The notes beneath the pieces were generated by a model. It was not told the DNA's origin. It was given only the letters and a program-made list of their open reading frames with translations, and made no database searches. A stretch of 64,000 nt of DNA, from contig JAQTYZ010000003.1 in the NCBI GenBank assembly GCA_028688055.1, positions 66,752 to 130,751 of the forward strand. Reading direction: 5' to 3'. Of the stretch, positions 1 through 10,303 are shown in pieces. Position numbers and translations under genes: made by a program. The first letter of the stretch is position 1. The number at the start of each line of letters is the position of its first letter. Source of the DNA: Patescibacteria group bacterium. GTDB taxonomy: Bacteria > Patescibacteriota > Patescibacteriia > Buchananbacterales > UBA6539.

Positions 1-1
1 G

Positions 2-448
2 GTGGCCAATAATGTGCCAATCTTAAATCGAAGTATCGACATTGGTGGGCTGACGATTACCAAATCAATTGCTAATAGTTTAAATGTCAGTTTGGCGCGG
101 GCGGAACAATTCAAATATGATATCGGGATGAACCCTGATCGCGTTGGCCAAGGATCAGTGCCAAAAACAATTGAGACAACCTTAACGCCGATCGTTGACG
201 AGTTGCGTTATAGCTTAAATCTTTATAAAAGCCAGGGTCAGAAAAATATTGAAAAAATAATTTTAACCGGTGGCTCGTCATTACTTTTAAATTTACCCGA
301 TTATTTAGCGAATGTTTTAGGCCTGCGAGTTTTTTTGGGTGATCCTTGGGCCCGGGTTATCTACCCCGAGGAATTAAAGCCCGTCTTAGATGAAATTGGT
401 CCTCGATTTTCAGTCGCCGTCGGTTTGGCGATGAGAGATATCGAATAA
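2..448 (+). CDS. pilM: Type IV pilus assembly protein PilM, C-terminal fragment (gene starts upstream of window)
   Basis: Actin-like ATPase C-terminal motif ILTGGSSLLLNLPDYL; lies first in a pilM-N-O-B...C order. Confidence 0.7.
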   Translation: MANNVPILNRSIDIGGLTITKSIANSLNVSLARAEQFKYDIGMNPDRVGQGSVPKTIETTLTPIVDELRYSLNLYKSQGQKNIEKIILTGGSSLLLNLPDYLANVLGLRVFLGDPWARVIYPEELKPVLDEIGPRFSVAVGLAMRDIE

Positions 449-451
449 TTT

Positions 452-1603
452 ATGCCGGAAATTAATTTATTACCAAATGAATTAAGGGAGAAAGAAGAGA
501 AGGAATTGGGTTCAAAAAAGAAATCCAAGAATTTTTCGGTTTCACTTTCCAGCCCCCAAAAAGAAAAAACTGAGGCGCCGCTAACAGCACCAAAATTTTC
601 GTTACTTAGCCGCTTGTTTTACAAACCGACCCCTAAAGCCAGATCTGTTCAAGTGGTGGCTGAAGAAAAAGAAATAAAAGAAGATCAGCCACCGGTCGAA
701 GCTAGGGTAGAAAATGTTATTTTATCGGACAGTCAGCCCCTTGATGAAATGGAGCATGATTTATTCATCAATAACAGTCAAGCGCCAACTGAAGGGGTAA
801 GTGAAAAAGGTGAAGCGGATAAAATAATAAATAAAGAAGATGGCCAGAAAATTGATGAGATCAAGGCGGAGCAAAAAAAGACAATTAAGCCAAGGGCTAA
901 GCTGTTTAACTTTTTTAAACGCGCGCCGAAGGTGGTTGATTCAAAAATAGTGGAGGAGGCTGAGGAAAAAGGTGGAGTGCACCATAATAAATCTTTTAGT
1001 CGAAGGCATGACAATAGTGATTCGGTTCTAGACGTCAATTTGATTCCGGCCGATTTGGCTAAGCGTCCCGATCTGGAACTAAAGTCGAAGGCAATTAAAA
1101 GCGGGGTGGCGATTTTTATCACAATTTTGTTAATTATTAGCACTTATCTAGGCATAACTTGGTATCAACTTAAAATTGCTCAGGAAATTAAAAATATTGA
1201 GGGTCAAATTAAAGATTATGATTCAAAAATAGCGGCTAAAGAGAATGAAAAAACATCGGCCCTCGATTTGCAACAGCGGCTAATTTTGGTTAAGCAGCTT
1301 TTTGACGGGCATGTTTATTGGACTAGGTTTTTCGATTTGTTAGAGAAATACACCAGCTCGGAAGTTTACTATACTAATTTTTCAATGGTGGGACAGGATA
1401 AACTGGTAATTTCGGCCGTGGGTATGGATTATCAGTCGGTTGCCCGACAGCTGGTTGCCTTTGAAAATGCAACTGACTTTGTTAAGTCGGTTAGAATTGA
1501 TTCGGCTTCGGCCAAAATTGATTCGGCCGACGGAAAATTTGCCGGCGTTAATTTCAACATTAATTTGGAATTTGTGCCAGGCGTTTTTTTACAGCCCAAC
1601 TAA
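452..1603 (+). CDS. PilN-like bitopic membrane protein with long low-complexity (K/E-rich) N-terminal region
   Basis: Single TM helix (VAIFITILLIISTYLGITWY) followed by coiled-coil/periplasmic domain; position immediately after pilM. Confidence 0.5.
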   Translation: MPEINLLPNELREKEEKELGSKKKSKNFSVSLSSPQKEKTEAPLTAPKFSLLSRLFYKPTPKARSVQVVAEEKEIKEDQPPVEARVENVILSDSQPLDEMEHDLFINNSQAPTEGVSEKGEADKIINKEDGQKIDEIKAEQKKTIKPRAKLFNFFKRAPKVVDSKIVEEAEEKGGVHHNKSFSRRHDNSDSVLDVNLIPADLAKRPDLELKSKAIKSGVAIFITILLIISTYLGITWYQLKIAQEIKNIEGQIKDYDSKIAAKENEKTSALDLQQRLILVKQLFDGHVYWTRFFDLLEKYTSSEVYYTNFSMVGQDKLVISAVGMDYQSVARQLVAFENATDFVKSVRIDSASAKIDSADGKFAGVNFNINLEFVPGVFLQPN

Positions 1604-1606
1604 TTT

Positions 1607-2218
1607 ATGGCAATAAATAAAAAATCCAAAACAGACAAGCTGAGTGGTAATCTACTAAACTTGGCCTTGGCCAAGTACTACAAAATTGGTACGGCTGCCA
1701 TTATTGTTAGCTTAGTTTTGTCGAGTTTTTTCTTGGTGTTGAAGCCAAAATATGAAGAAGTTGGCGTCGGTGGTCAATATAATTTGGACACTTTAAAAAG
1801 TGAACTGGCCAAGCGCCAGAAATATTTGAGCGACATTGAAGCGTTGACTAACAATTACCGTAATATCGGGCAGGGCGAGGTTGCCAGGTTGCATGAAGTA
1901 TTACCGCCAGCAAAGGATGTCGCTGGACTGTTTGTTCAATTCCAATCGTTGGCCGAAAAGAATAATTTATTATTAGCCGGCGTAAATATTAACGAGGTGC
2001 CGGAGGTAATTAAAATCGGCAGCGGTAAATCAATTAATAAACTAAGTATTACCGTTAATCTGGTTGGTAATAATAATGGTAGTTATTCGGAAATCAAGAA
2101 TTTTTTGGCATCGTTGGAAGATAATATTAGACTCTTTGATGTTAGTGCGGTTTATTTCAGTCCCGGTTCGCCTAATTATTCCGTTAGTATGTTTACTTAT
2201 TACACTAAAGGAAGTTAG
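1607..2218 (+). CDS. PilO-like membrane protein
   Basis: N-terminal TM helix, about 200 aa, position after the PilN-like gene. Confidence 0.45.
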   Translation: MAINKKSKTDKLSGNLLNLALAKYYKIGTAAIIVSLVLSSFFLVLKPKYEEVGVGGQYNLDTLKSELAKRQKYLSDIEALTNNYRNIGQGEVARLHEVLPPAKDVAGLFVQFQSLAEKNNLLLAGVNINEVPEVIKIGSGKSINKLSITVNLVGNNNGSYSEIKNFLASLEDNIRLFDVSAVYFSPGSPNYSVSMFTYYTKGS

Positions 2219-2223
2219 ACCTT

Positions 2224-2535
2224 ATGCTGATACCAAGGAAAATGTCATTAAATCGAAAAACGATAATTATCTTTATGGTTGTGTTAATTTTAGCGGTGGC
2301 CGGGTATCTTTTTTATGTTGGTTTTTTGGCTGGTAAAATTGAAATTTTAAAACCGCTAAAAGTTGAGGTTGAGGTTTTGCAGGTACCAAGTATCAACAGT
2401 GATTTTAATGATGACTTTTTGAATCGGCTGCCTTATACTGGCCTAGTCCAGTCGGCAAAATTGCCTATTACCGCTGGTGTCGTCGGTCGAAATAACCCTT
2501 TTAGTGAAATTCCGTTTTCTTTAGGCTTAAAATAA
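2224..2535 (+). CDS. Small membrane-anchored hypothetical protein (possibly PilP-like)
   Basis: 103 aa, N-terminal TM helix, in the pilus operon. Confidence 0.3.
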   Translation: MLIPRKMSLNRKTIIIFMVVLILAVAGYLFYVGFLAGKIEILKPLKVEVEVLQVPSINSDFNDDFLNRLPYTGLVQSAKLPITAGVVGRNNPFSEIPFSLGLK

Positions 2536-2541
2536 AGTTCA

Positions 2542-4272
2542 ATGTTTAAAGATCAACAACAGCTTCTCAATGCCTTAGTTGAAGCCAAACTTTTAAGTGC
2601 TGATCAGGCCAAGGAACTTGAGGCCAAAGCGACCGAAGTCAATCAGACTCCGGAAGATTTAATATTAGATGGTCATTTGGTTGCGGAAGATCGTTTAACG
2701 GAAATCAAAGGGAAATTACTTGATATCCCGGCGGTTGATTTAAAGGGTCGAGAAATTCTTAAAAAGGTTTTGAATCTAATACCGGGCGAAGTATCAGAAA
2801 ATTATCAAATGGTGCCGTTTGAATTAATTGGCAATGAGCTTCACGTCGGTTTGGTCAACCCGCAGAATTTTAAAGCGATTGAAGCCGTGGAATTCTTAGC
2901 TCAGAAATCCGGTTTTAAAGTTAGATATTTCATTATTTCTCAAGCTAGTTTGCATGAAGCTTTTAAAAACTACCGCATTTTAGGCGATGAAGCGAAAGAA
3001 GCGCTGGCTAATTTAAGTGAAGAAACCGCCGTCACGGGCGCAGCTAAAGAGTCGCTGAAAGAAATGGAAGAAGTAATTAAAAGCGCTCCAGTTTCGAAAA
3101 TGGTTTTGGTAATTATTAGACACGCTATTGACGGTCATGCATCGGACATTCATATTGAACCGACGATGAAAGATACTAAAGTACGCTACCGTATTGATGG
3201 AATTTTAAGAACGTCGTTGGTTTTGCCAAAGTACATCCATTCCGCGATTATTGCCCGAATAAAAGTTTTGGCAAATTTAAAACTTGATGAAACCAGAAAG
3301 CCTCAAGACGGCCGGATTAGATTGACAATTGATAACCGGGAAATTGATTTTCGTGTTTCAACCCTGCCTTTGTTTGAAGGTGAAAAAGTTGTTTTGCGAA
3401 TTTTAGATACCGAATCGCAAGTGCCGGGTCTGGAGCAATTAGGTTTTAATTCTGTTTACATTGAAAAAATTAAAGAATCAATCAAACGGCCGCATGGGTT
3501 AATATTGCTAACCGGGCCAACTGGTTCGGGAAAAACCACCACCTTGTATACGGTTTTGACTATGTTGAATCAAGATGGAATTAATATTGTAACACTTGAG
3601 GATCCGATTGAATATTATATTAGTGGTGTTAACCAATCGCAGATTAATCCGGAAGTTGGGTATACTTTTGCTTCGGGTTTGAGAGCAATTTTACGGCAAG
3701 ACCCCAATGTGGTTATGCTTGGTGAAATTCGAGATAATGAAACGACTGAGCTAGTCATTCACGCCAGCTTGACTGGTCATATGATTTTATCCACTCTTCA
3801 TACCAACGACGCTATCGGTGCGATTCCCCGACTGGTGGATTTAGGAGCGGAACCATTTTTGCTGTCATCGGTTTTAAATCTAGTCATTGCCCAGCGTTTG
3901 GCTCGAAAAATTTGTACCTATTGTAAGAAGGAAAGTTCAGTTCCGGAGACTTTGTTAACTAAAGCCAAAACCTTGCTGGCTGAAATCCCGCCGAAATTTT
4001 TGAGTAAAATTGATCCAGCGAAGTTATCTTTTTACAAGGGCGAGGGTTGTGCTCATTGTGGTAATTTGGGGTATCAAGGCCGAACAGCGGTCGCGGAAGT
4101 GATTAATATTACGACTGAAATTAGAGAAATAATGAATAATGGCGCCAAGGTTGAAGAAATTAGAAAGGCTTTAAAAAAACAGGATTTTATTACGCTGGCG
4201 CAGGACTGTCTTGTTAGGGCGCTTGAGGGCGAAACGACGCTTGATGAAGTTGTCCGGATTTCGACTTTGTAA
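2542..4272 (+). CDS. pilB: Type IV pilus assembly ATPase PilB (GspE family)
   Basis: Walker A GPTGSGKTTT, Walker B VVMLGEIRD, His box ILSTLHTND, tetracysteine CTYC...CAHC, N-terminal GspII domain. Confidence 0.9.
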   Translation: MFKDQQQLLNALVEAKLLSADQAKELEAKATEVNQTPEDLILDGHLVAEDRLTEIKGKLLDIPAVDLKGREILKKVLNLIPGEVSENYQMVPFELIGNELHVGLVNPQNFKAIEAVEFLAQKSGFKVRYFIISQASLHEAFKNYRILGDEAKEALANLSEETAVTGAAKESLKEMEEVIKSAPVSKMVLVIIRHAIDGHASDIHIEPTMKDTKVRYRIDGILRTSLVLPKYIHSAIIARIKVLANLKLDETRKPQDGRIRLTIDNREIDFRVSTLPLFEGEKVVLRILDTESQVPGLEQLGFNSVYIEKIKESIKRPHGLILLTGPTGSGKTTTLYTVLTMLNQDGINIVTLEDPIEYYISGVNQSQINPEVGYTFASGLRAILRQDPNVVMLGEIRDNETTELVIHASLTGHMILSTLHTNDAIGAIPRLVDLGAEPFLLSSVLNLVIAQRLARKICTYCKKESSVPETLLTKAKTLLAEIPPKFLSKIDPAKLSFYKGEGCAHCGNLGYQGRTAVAEVINITTEIREIMNNGAKVEEIRKALKKQDFITLAQDCLVRALEGETTLDEVVRISTL

Positions 4273-4317
4273 TAAAATAAACCAAGCAAGTTAATTAATA
4301 AAGATTAGGAGAAATTT

Positions 4318-4695
4318 ATGTCAACGAGCAGAAAAATTCTATTAGTGGAGGATGATGAATTCTTGGCGGAGCTGTATGCGACCAAATTAAACATGGAAGG
4401 TTTTGAAGTTTTTTTGGCCGTTGACGGCGAAAAAGGATTAAAGCTGGCCAAAGAAAAAATGCCTGACTTAGTTTTGTTAGATATTATTTTACCTAAAATG
4501 GACGGTTTTGAAGTTTTAGGAAAAATGAAAATCGATCCGGAAACAAAAAATATCCCGGTCATCTTGTTAACCAATTTGTCGCAAAAAGACGAAGTGAAAA
4601 AGGGCCTTGAGTTAGGAGCAAAGGACTATCTGATTAAGGCTCACTTTATGCCGTCGGAAGTCGTAAAGAAAATTAAGCAAACCTTAGGTGATTAA
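4318..4695 (+). CDS. Stand-alone response-regulator receiver domain (PilH/CheY-like)
   Basis: LLVEDDE..., LLDIILPKMDGFEV receiver motifs; RBS AGGAGA upstream. Confidence 0.85.
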   Translation: MSTSRKILLVEDDEFLAELYATKLNMEGFEVFLAVDGEKGLKLAKEKMPDLVLLDIILPKMDGFEVLGKMKIDPETKNIPVILLTNLSQKDEVKKGLELGAKDYLIKAHFMPSEVVKKIKQTLGD

Positions 4696-4697
4696 AT

Positions 4698-5771
4698 ATG
4701 GAAGCATCATTAGAATTATTTATTAACAAAATTTTGACCACGGCCGCCAAGCGGCAGGCGTCCAATATTCATTTGACCGTTAATTCATATCCGGCCTTAA
4801 GAGTTAATGATGAGTTGCTTGAGTTGACCGATGAACAAATCGTTACCGATTCATTAGTGAAAAATATGGCTAATGACTGGCTTGATGATTCGCAGAAAAA
4901 AATATTGGAAGAAAAAAAGGAAATTATTGTCACCAAAGAAATGGGAAAAAAATTCAGATTAAAAATGAATTTTTTTTATCAGAAAGGTTTTTTATCAATT
5001 GCTCTTAGATTAATTCCCGGTCGGGTGCCACCATTGATAAATTTGGGTTTACCAAAAGCAGTTTACGGTTTAACTGATAAAAAAGCGGGTTTGATTATTG
5101 TGGCCGGACCGTATGGATCTGGCCGGACGACAACGGTGGCATCAATGGTCGAGGAGATAAATAAGAGTCGTAAAGAAAATATTGTCGTTGTTGAAGATCC
5201 GATTGAGTATTTATTTGTTAATCAAAATAGTTTGATTGAACAAAGGCAAGTTGGTCGAGATACCAATTCATTTTCTGACGCGATTGATAATGCGGAAGAG
5301 TCTGATGTCGACATCATCGCCATTGGTGTTACTGAAGAAAAAGGCGTTGTAGAAAAAGTCTTAGAATTTGCCAACTCCGGACGGTTGGCGATTTTAGCAA
5401 TGGAGACAACATCAGTGGTTCAAACAATTCAAGAGTTTTTAGATAATTTTAGTTCGGATCGGCGCGACCGAGCTCAGGTACTGTTGGCTGAAAATCTGTT
5501 AGCCATCATTGTCCAGCGTTTAGTGCCGCGAGTGGGGGGTGGGTTAGTTTTAGCGGCGGAGGTTTTAATTAGCACCGAAGCGGTTAGTTCGTTAATTACC
5601 GAAGGACGGATAAAACAATTAACAACAATATTACAAACATCGCGCGCCGAAGGAATGATCAGTTTGGATCAATCACTGGCGGAGTTAGTTAGGTCGGGTG
5701 AGGTCATGATTAATCATGCCATCGAATATGCGGCTGATCCACAAAGTTTTCGGGCCATTGCTAAAGATTAA
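4698..5771 (+). CDS. PilT-like retraction ATPase paralogue with degenerate catalytic motifs
   Basis: PilT-family architecture; Walker A is GPYGSGRTTT (Lys to Arg); His box TLHT replaced by AMET; Walker B region DVDIIAIGVTEE is atypical. Confidence 0.75.
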   Translation: MEASLELFINKILTTAAKRQASNIHLTVNSYPALRVNDELLELTDEQIVTDSLVKNMANDWLDDSQKKILEEKKEIIVTKEMGKKFRLKMNFFYQKGFLSIALRLIPGRVPPLINLGLPKAVYGLTDKKAGLIIVAGPYGSGRTTTVASMVEEINKSRKENIVVVEDPIEYLFVNQNSLIEQRQVGRDTNSFSDAIDNAEESDVDIIAIGVTEEKGVVEKVLEFANSGRLAILAMETTSVVQTIQEFLDNFSSDRRDRAQVLLAENLLAIIVQRLVPRVGGGLVLAAEVLISTEAVSSLITEGRIKQLTTILQTSRAEGMISLDQSLAELVRSGEVMINHAIEYAADPQSFRAIAKD

Positions 5772-5779
5772 TTACGGTT

Positions 5780-6985
5780 ATGCCTTTTTATCGCTACAAA
5801 GCCAATAATATAGATAATGAGACGGTCGAAGGTATGATCCAGGCCGCTTCTTCAGATGTGGCTGCTGACATTTTGAATGATCAAAATTTGACCATTTTGG
5901 CGTTAAATGAAGAAAAAATTAGTTTTCGCGAGCGAATGTTGCGGGTTTTGAATCGGGTCAAAATTAAAGATTTAGTTATTTTTTCTCGGCAACTATCGGT
6001 CATTGTTTCCGCCACGATTCCCTTGGTTCAAGGCTTAAGAATTTTAGTCACTCAGACCGATAGTCCGGTGCTAAAAACAGTCATTTCCGAAGTGGCTGAC
6101 GACGTCGAGGGTGGCGCTAAATTATCGGCGGCACTCAAAAGGCATTCGGAAATTTTTAGCGATTTTTTTATTAATATTATTAAGTCCGGTGAAACTTCCG
6201 GTAAGCTCGATGACGTTTTGAATTATCTAGCCGATCAGCAAGAAAAGGATTATGATTTAAGTTCAAAGATTAAAGGGGCAATGATTTATCCGATTTTTAT
6301 CGTTAGTGGATTATCAATTGTTGGAACCTTGATGATGATTTTTGTTATTCCCCAACTGACTGCGGTTTTAATTGAAACTGGAGCTCAACTGCCAACTTCG
6401 ACCATCGTTTTGATTGCGGTTAGCAATTTTTTGCAAAAATTTTGGTGGTTGTTAGCCATCGTAATCATTGGTACTTATTTTATACTTCACGCTTTAATTA
6501 AAACCGAAAAAGGTAAATATGCTTGGGACACCATCTTATTGCGTTTGCCAGTTTTTGGTGAATTATTTAGAAAAATTATTTTGGTTCGATTTGCTCGAAG
6601 TTTATATACCTTAACTACCGGCGGCGTGTCATTGACTAAAAGCTTGGAAATTGTTGCCGATGTTGTCGGCAATGCCGTTTTCCATGATTTGATTAGTCAA
6701 ACCGTTAAAGAGGTTGAGGACGGAAATTCAATTGCTACTATTTTTTTGCAGAGTAAAGAGGTACCACCAATGGTTTCGCAGATGTTGAATTTAGGGGAAA
6801 AAACCGGACGGCTCGATGATATCTTGGAAAAATTAGCCCACTTTTATAGCCGCGAAGTTGAAAATTTGGTGGCCAACCTGGTAACGTTGCTTGAGCCAAT
6901 GGTGATGATTCTAATGGGTATCGCGGTCGGTGGATTATTTTCGGCTATTATTTTACCAATGTATAGCCTGGCGTCAAGCCTTTAA
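5780..6985 (+). CDS. pilC: Type IV pilus inner-membrane platform protein PilC (GspF family)
   Basis: 401 aa, two GspF repeats, polytopic membrane protein, follows pilB/pilT. Confidence 0.9.
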   Translation: MPFYRYKANNIDNETVEGMIQAASSDVAADILNDQNLTILALNEEKISFRERMLRVLNRVKIKDLVIFSRQLSVIVSATIPLVQGLRILVTQTDSPVLKTVISEVADDVEGGAKLSAALKRHSEIFSDFFINIIKSGETSGKLDDVLNYLADQQEKDYDLSSKIKGAMIYPIFIVSGLSIVGTLMMIFVIPQLTAVLIETGAQLPTSTIVLIAVSNFLQKFWWLLAIVIIGTYFILHALIKTEKGKYAWDTILLRLPVFGELFRKIILVRFARSLYTLTTGGVSLTKSLEIVADVVGNAVFHDLISQTVKEVEDGNSIATIFLQSKEVPPMVSQMLNLGEKTGRLDDILEKLAHFYSREVENLVANLVTLLEPMVMILMGIAVGGLFSAIILPMYSLASSL

Positions 6986-7003
6986 TTAATTAAGGATAAG
7001 ACC

Positions 7004-7420
7004 ATGAATAATAAAAAACGACTCGGATTTACGTTAGTTGAATTGTTGGTTGTTATCTCCATTATTGGAATTTTATCCAGTATTTCTACCGCTTCAGTTA
7101 ATATCGCGCGACAACGTGCCAGAGATGCCAGACGTCAAGCCGACGCTTCTCAAATTCAATTAGCTTTGTATTTATATTTTGATGATCATTTGTCTTTTCC
7201 AGAGGCTGATATGTTGCCAGAAAATGCTGTTTCAAATTGGACCAATGTCTTGGTTCCTAATTTGAATGGCACTAATGGTGGCAGAAAGTATATGACTAGG
7301 GTGCCGCTTGATCCACTCAATATTGATCCTCATTTTTACGGCTATAATAGTGATGGTAAAGAGTTTATTGTTACTTATTATTTGGAAAATGGCGGCCCGG
7401 CTGAACTTCACGGTTATTAA
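7004..7420 (+). CDS. Prepilin-type N-terminal cleavage/methylation domain protein (pilin/pseudopilin)
   Basis: N-terminus KRLGFTLVELLVVISIIGIL (G/FTLxE class III signal). Confidence 0.7.
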   Translation: MNNKKRLGFTLVELLVVISIIGILSSISTASVNIARQRARDARRQADASQIQLALYLYFDDHLSFPEADMLPENAVSNWTNVLVPNLNGTNGGRKYMTRVPLDPLNIDPHFYGYNSDGKEFIVTYYLENGGPAELHGY

Positions 7421-7441
7421 TTTGTGCCTTTGTTGAAAAGT

Positions 7442-7450
7442 TGGTATAAT
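7442..7450 (+). promoter_or_regulatory. Extended -10 promoter element TGGTATAAT for major pilin gene 1
   Basis: TGnTATAAT about 70 nt upstream of ATG; same element and same downstream 5' UTR (ACCAAACGAAAGGGGGTGAGACAATG) recur at 12786. Confidence 0.55.
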
Positions 7451-7517
7451 TAATTAGTTGTTGATAACTAAAAATTTTGGTTTATTATAAACCAACCAAA
7501 CGAAAGGGGGTGAGACA

Positions 7518-7949
7518 ATGAGAAAGAAAGGTTTTACACTTATCGAACTGTTAGTGGTAATTGCCATCATCGGTCTATTATCGACCTTGGCAGTTGTCGC
7601 TTTGAATTCCGCCCGATTGAAGGCGAGAGATGCTAAGCGCGTAGCTGATATTAAACAGGTTCAGACAGCATTGGAGCTTTATTTTAATGATCAACAGAAT
7701 TATCCAGGTACCACTGGTACTTTAGGCACAGCTTCAATGGTTTGTCTTGGTACAGCCGGTTTTGGTACCTCAGGCTGTGGCGGCGCTTATATGGGATTAG
7801 TCCCTTCGAACCCAACTCCAAACGGAGCGGTTTATGTATATTCAGCGGATGGTACTTCAGGAACATACTCAATCACCTTCAGTCTGGAAGGAACGACTGG
7901 TGGTTTAGGTTCAGGTGCTCACACTGCTTCACAAGACGGGTTGGAATAA
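7518..7949 (+). CDS. Major type IV pilin, copy 1
   Basis: [21 protein letters not shown] prepilin leader; Gly/Thr/Ser-rich variable centre; conserved C-terminus [19 protein letters not shown]; RBS GGGGGTGA. Confidence 0.8.
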   Translation: MRKKGFTLIELLVVIAIIGLLSTLAVVALNSARLKARDAKRVADIKQVQTALELYFNDQQNYPGTTGTLGTASMVCLGTAGFGTSGCGGAYMGLVPSNPTPNGAVYVYSADGTSGTYSITFSLEGTTGGLGSGAHTASQDGLE

Positions 7950-7974
7950 TTTATACAATACACCTATTAACAAT

Positions 7975-7999
7975 AAAACCCCAGCCTGGGGTTTTATTG
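7975..7999 (+). terminator. Rho-independent terminator
   Basis: AAAACCCCAGCCTGGGGTTTT hairpin plus T-run. Confidence 0.6.
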
Positions 8000-8035
8000 T
8001 TGTGTTAGACGTCATTTCAGGTTAAAATTACTATC

Positions 8036-10303
8036 ATGACACCTAAGATCCAAAAAATATTTTTGCCCGTTATATTCTTTTTTTTATTGCTGGTTTTTTT
8101 TGCCCCCTACCTGAATGGGAGCAATATTTTATATGAGGGTGACTATACGGGCAGTGATTTAACTGAGTTGAATTTACCTTTTAGATACTGGGCGGCCGAA
8201 CAAATCAAACATGGAGATTTGCCGCTTTGGAATGATCAAATATCAGCTGGTTTTCCGCAGCTCGCTGAGGGCCAAACGGGAGTTTTTTATCCCTTTAATT
8301 TAATTTTTTTTATTTTATTGCCAATCGGCTTCGCGGTGCTGGCAACTTATTTTTTAAATTTTCTCTTGGCTGGAATTTTTACCTTTATTTATTGTCGAAG
8401 CTTGAATATCAGTCAGGTCGGAAGTTGGCTGGCGGCGACGGCCTTTAGTTTTAGCGGTTGGTTTGTCTTTAGACTAAAACATCTTAATTTGATTAATGCG
8501 GCGATTTGGCTGCCATTAATTTTTTATTTAATTGAAAAATTAATTGTTTCAAAACGTAAAGATTTGTTACTCGTCTTGTTGTCAGGTGTTTATACGATTC
8601 AGTTCTTTGCCGGTCATCCTCAAATCAGTTACATCTCAGTGCTAGCTGGGCTGGCCTATTATTTGATTAGATTATTAGGAAACGACGAATTTAAAAAATC
8701 TGGACGCTGGCTAAAAATTTATAAAATTATATTTCCCTGGATGGTAATTGGTTTTTTGACGCTGGGAATGACGGCCATCCAACTTTTACCAACTTACCAA
8801 TTATCCAAATTATCAGCCAGAGGTAGCTGGTCTGACTTTAATAATTCTGTTGGCACTTTAGTCTTTCAGCCTGTAGAATTTTTAACCGCTATCTATCCTT
8901 ATATATTTGGTAATCCAGCTAACGGCAGTTATCAAGGTTTTGATTTGGGATTCAAATCTGGTTTCTGGGAGGACAGCGTTTACTTCGGTCTACTGCCATT
9001 ATTTTTTTCATTTATTGCTTTAATATTTGTTTGGCGCAAAGAAAAAATTATTAGACAGCTGTCGTTTTTTTTGGTTTTTTGTTTATTTTTTATCCTAGCC
9101 GGATCTAATCCTTGGTTTAAATGGGTCTGGAGTGTCTTACCCTCTTACCAAGTATTTCGTTTTCATCAGCGATTCTTGTTACCATTTATCTTGATAATGT
9201 CGGTTTTGTCAGCCCTGGGATTTGATTATTGTGCCAAAAAGATTGCCAACGTGGGGAAAACCGGCAAGGCGGCCCCACGTAATCTCAATAGCGGTTGGTC
9301 GATTATTGTTATTTTGATTGTTAGTATTGAGTTGCTTTTTATGTCGCTGCAGTTTATTGGCACGATGCCAACTACCTATTTAACCGCCGAGCCTGAAAGC
9401 GTTGAATGGTTAAAGGCTGATCAGGATCAGTTTCGAGTTGCTAGTTTATATTATCAGCTGTCATGGAATTTTGTTTTCTCAAATTCTAATGGTTGGCTTA
9501 GCACGCCAGATTTATACCTAGAAAATCGTGAGTTGGTACAACCTAATTTAAATTTATTTTATGGTCTTAGTACTTATAACGATCGTGGTTGGAATGAGGG
9601 TGGGCAGCTCGACCGTCGCTTGGCAGCACTCTTAACGGTGATTGATAAAAATATCACTCTGGATGTCACCTCCCACGCCGTAATAATTAGTCCTAATGTT
9701 TTGAAAGTTTTAGGTTTGCAAAATGTCAAGTATTTATTGTCATATTATCCGGTCCGTAGCAATCACTTAGCGGAAGTTAAATCGATTAATCAATTATTTT
9801 TGCCAACTTTGCATATTTATCAAAATCCCTATTTTTTAAACAGGGCCTTTATGGTTTTCCAGTCCAAGCCGGTTAATGCTGACGCTGACGAAATAGCAAG
9901 TTTGTTTGCTGATGATTTTGATCCGTCAAAAGTGGTAACGAGCGCGGCTGAGCTTGGTTTAAAACCAGCCCTTAAAGCTCAGTCCCAAGTCGAAGTTATT
10001 AGTCATCAGGCTAATAAATCAGCTTATCGTGTTAAAACTGATAGTGATGGTTTGCTGTTTATTAGCCAGCTGTATTATCCGGGCTGGATTGCCAAAGTTG
10101 ACGGTAAAAAGGTTGACCTGGAGCGTGTTAATGGGGCATACACTGGCCTAATGATTCCGAGTGGCGAACATCGAGTTGAGCTGAAATATGACCCCAAGTC
10201 TTTCGAGCTTGGGTTAACAATTTCTTTGCTAACACTAATATTGATTATTATTTATTTTGCGATGAAACTTTTGGTTTCAATGCGATCAGTTTTTAAATTA
10301 TGA
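8036..10303 (+). CDS. YfhO-family polytopic membrane protein (GT-C fold glycosyltransferase-like)
   Basis: 755 aa, many TM helices; C-terminal YYPGWIAKVDGKKVDLERVNGAYTGLMIPSGEHRVELKYDP is typical of the YfhO family. Confidence 0.65.
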   Translation: MTPKIQKIFLPVIFFFLLLVFFAPYLNGSNILYEGDYTGSDLTELNLPFRYWAAEQIKHGDLPLWNDQISAGFPQLAEGQTGVFYPFNLIFFILLPIGFAVLATYFLNFLLAGIFTFIYCRSLNISQVGSWLAATAFSFSGWFVFRLKHLNLINAAIWLPLIFYLIEKLIVSKRKDLLLVLLSGVYTIQFFAGHPQISYISVLAGLAYYLIRLLGNDEFKKSGRWLKIYKIIFPWMVIGFLTLGMTAIQLLPTYQLSKLSARGSWSDFNNSVGTLVFQPVEFLTAIYPYIFGNPANGSYQGFDLGFKSGFWEDSVYFGLLPLFFSFIALIFVWRKEKIIRQLSFFLVFCLFFILAGSNPWFKWVWSVLPSYQVFRFHQRFLLPFILIMSVLSALGFDYCAKKIANVGKTGKAAPRNLNSGWSIIVILIVSIELLFMSLQFIGTMPTTYLTAEPESVEWLKADQDQFRVASLYYQLSWNFVFSNSNGWLSTPDLYLENRELVQPNLNLFYGLSTYNDRGWNEGGQLDRRLAALLTVIDKNITLDVTSHAVIISPNVLKVLGLQNVKYLLSYYPVRSNHLAEVKSINQLFLPTLHIYQNPYFLNRAFMVFQSKPVNADADEIASLFADDFDPSKVVTSAAELGLKPALKAQSQVEVISHQANKSAYRVKTDSDGLLFISQLYYPGWIAKVDGKKVDLERVNGAYTGLMIPSGEHRVELKYDPKSFELGLTISLLTLILIIIYFAMKLLVSMRSVFKL

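Noticed and set aside
778-1143. Antisense ORF inside the PilN-like gene, and many similar 60-100-aa antisense/overlapping ORFs (for example 2064-2336, 4074-4289, 4305-4574, 6487-6672, 17526-17741, 19878-20087, 36323-36929)
   Set aside because: They lie fully inside well-supported genes, on the opposite strand or out of frame. They have no RBS or motifs, and their composition is that of the mirror of real coding sequence.
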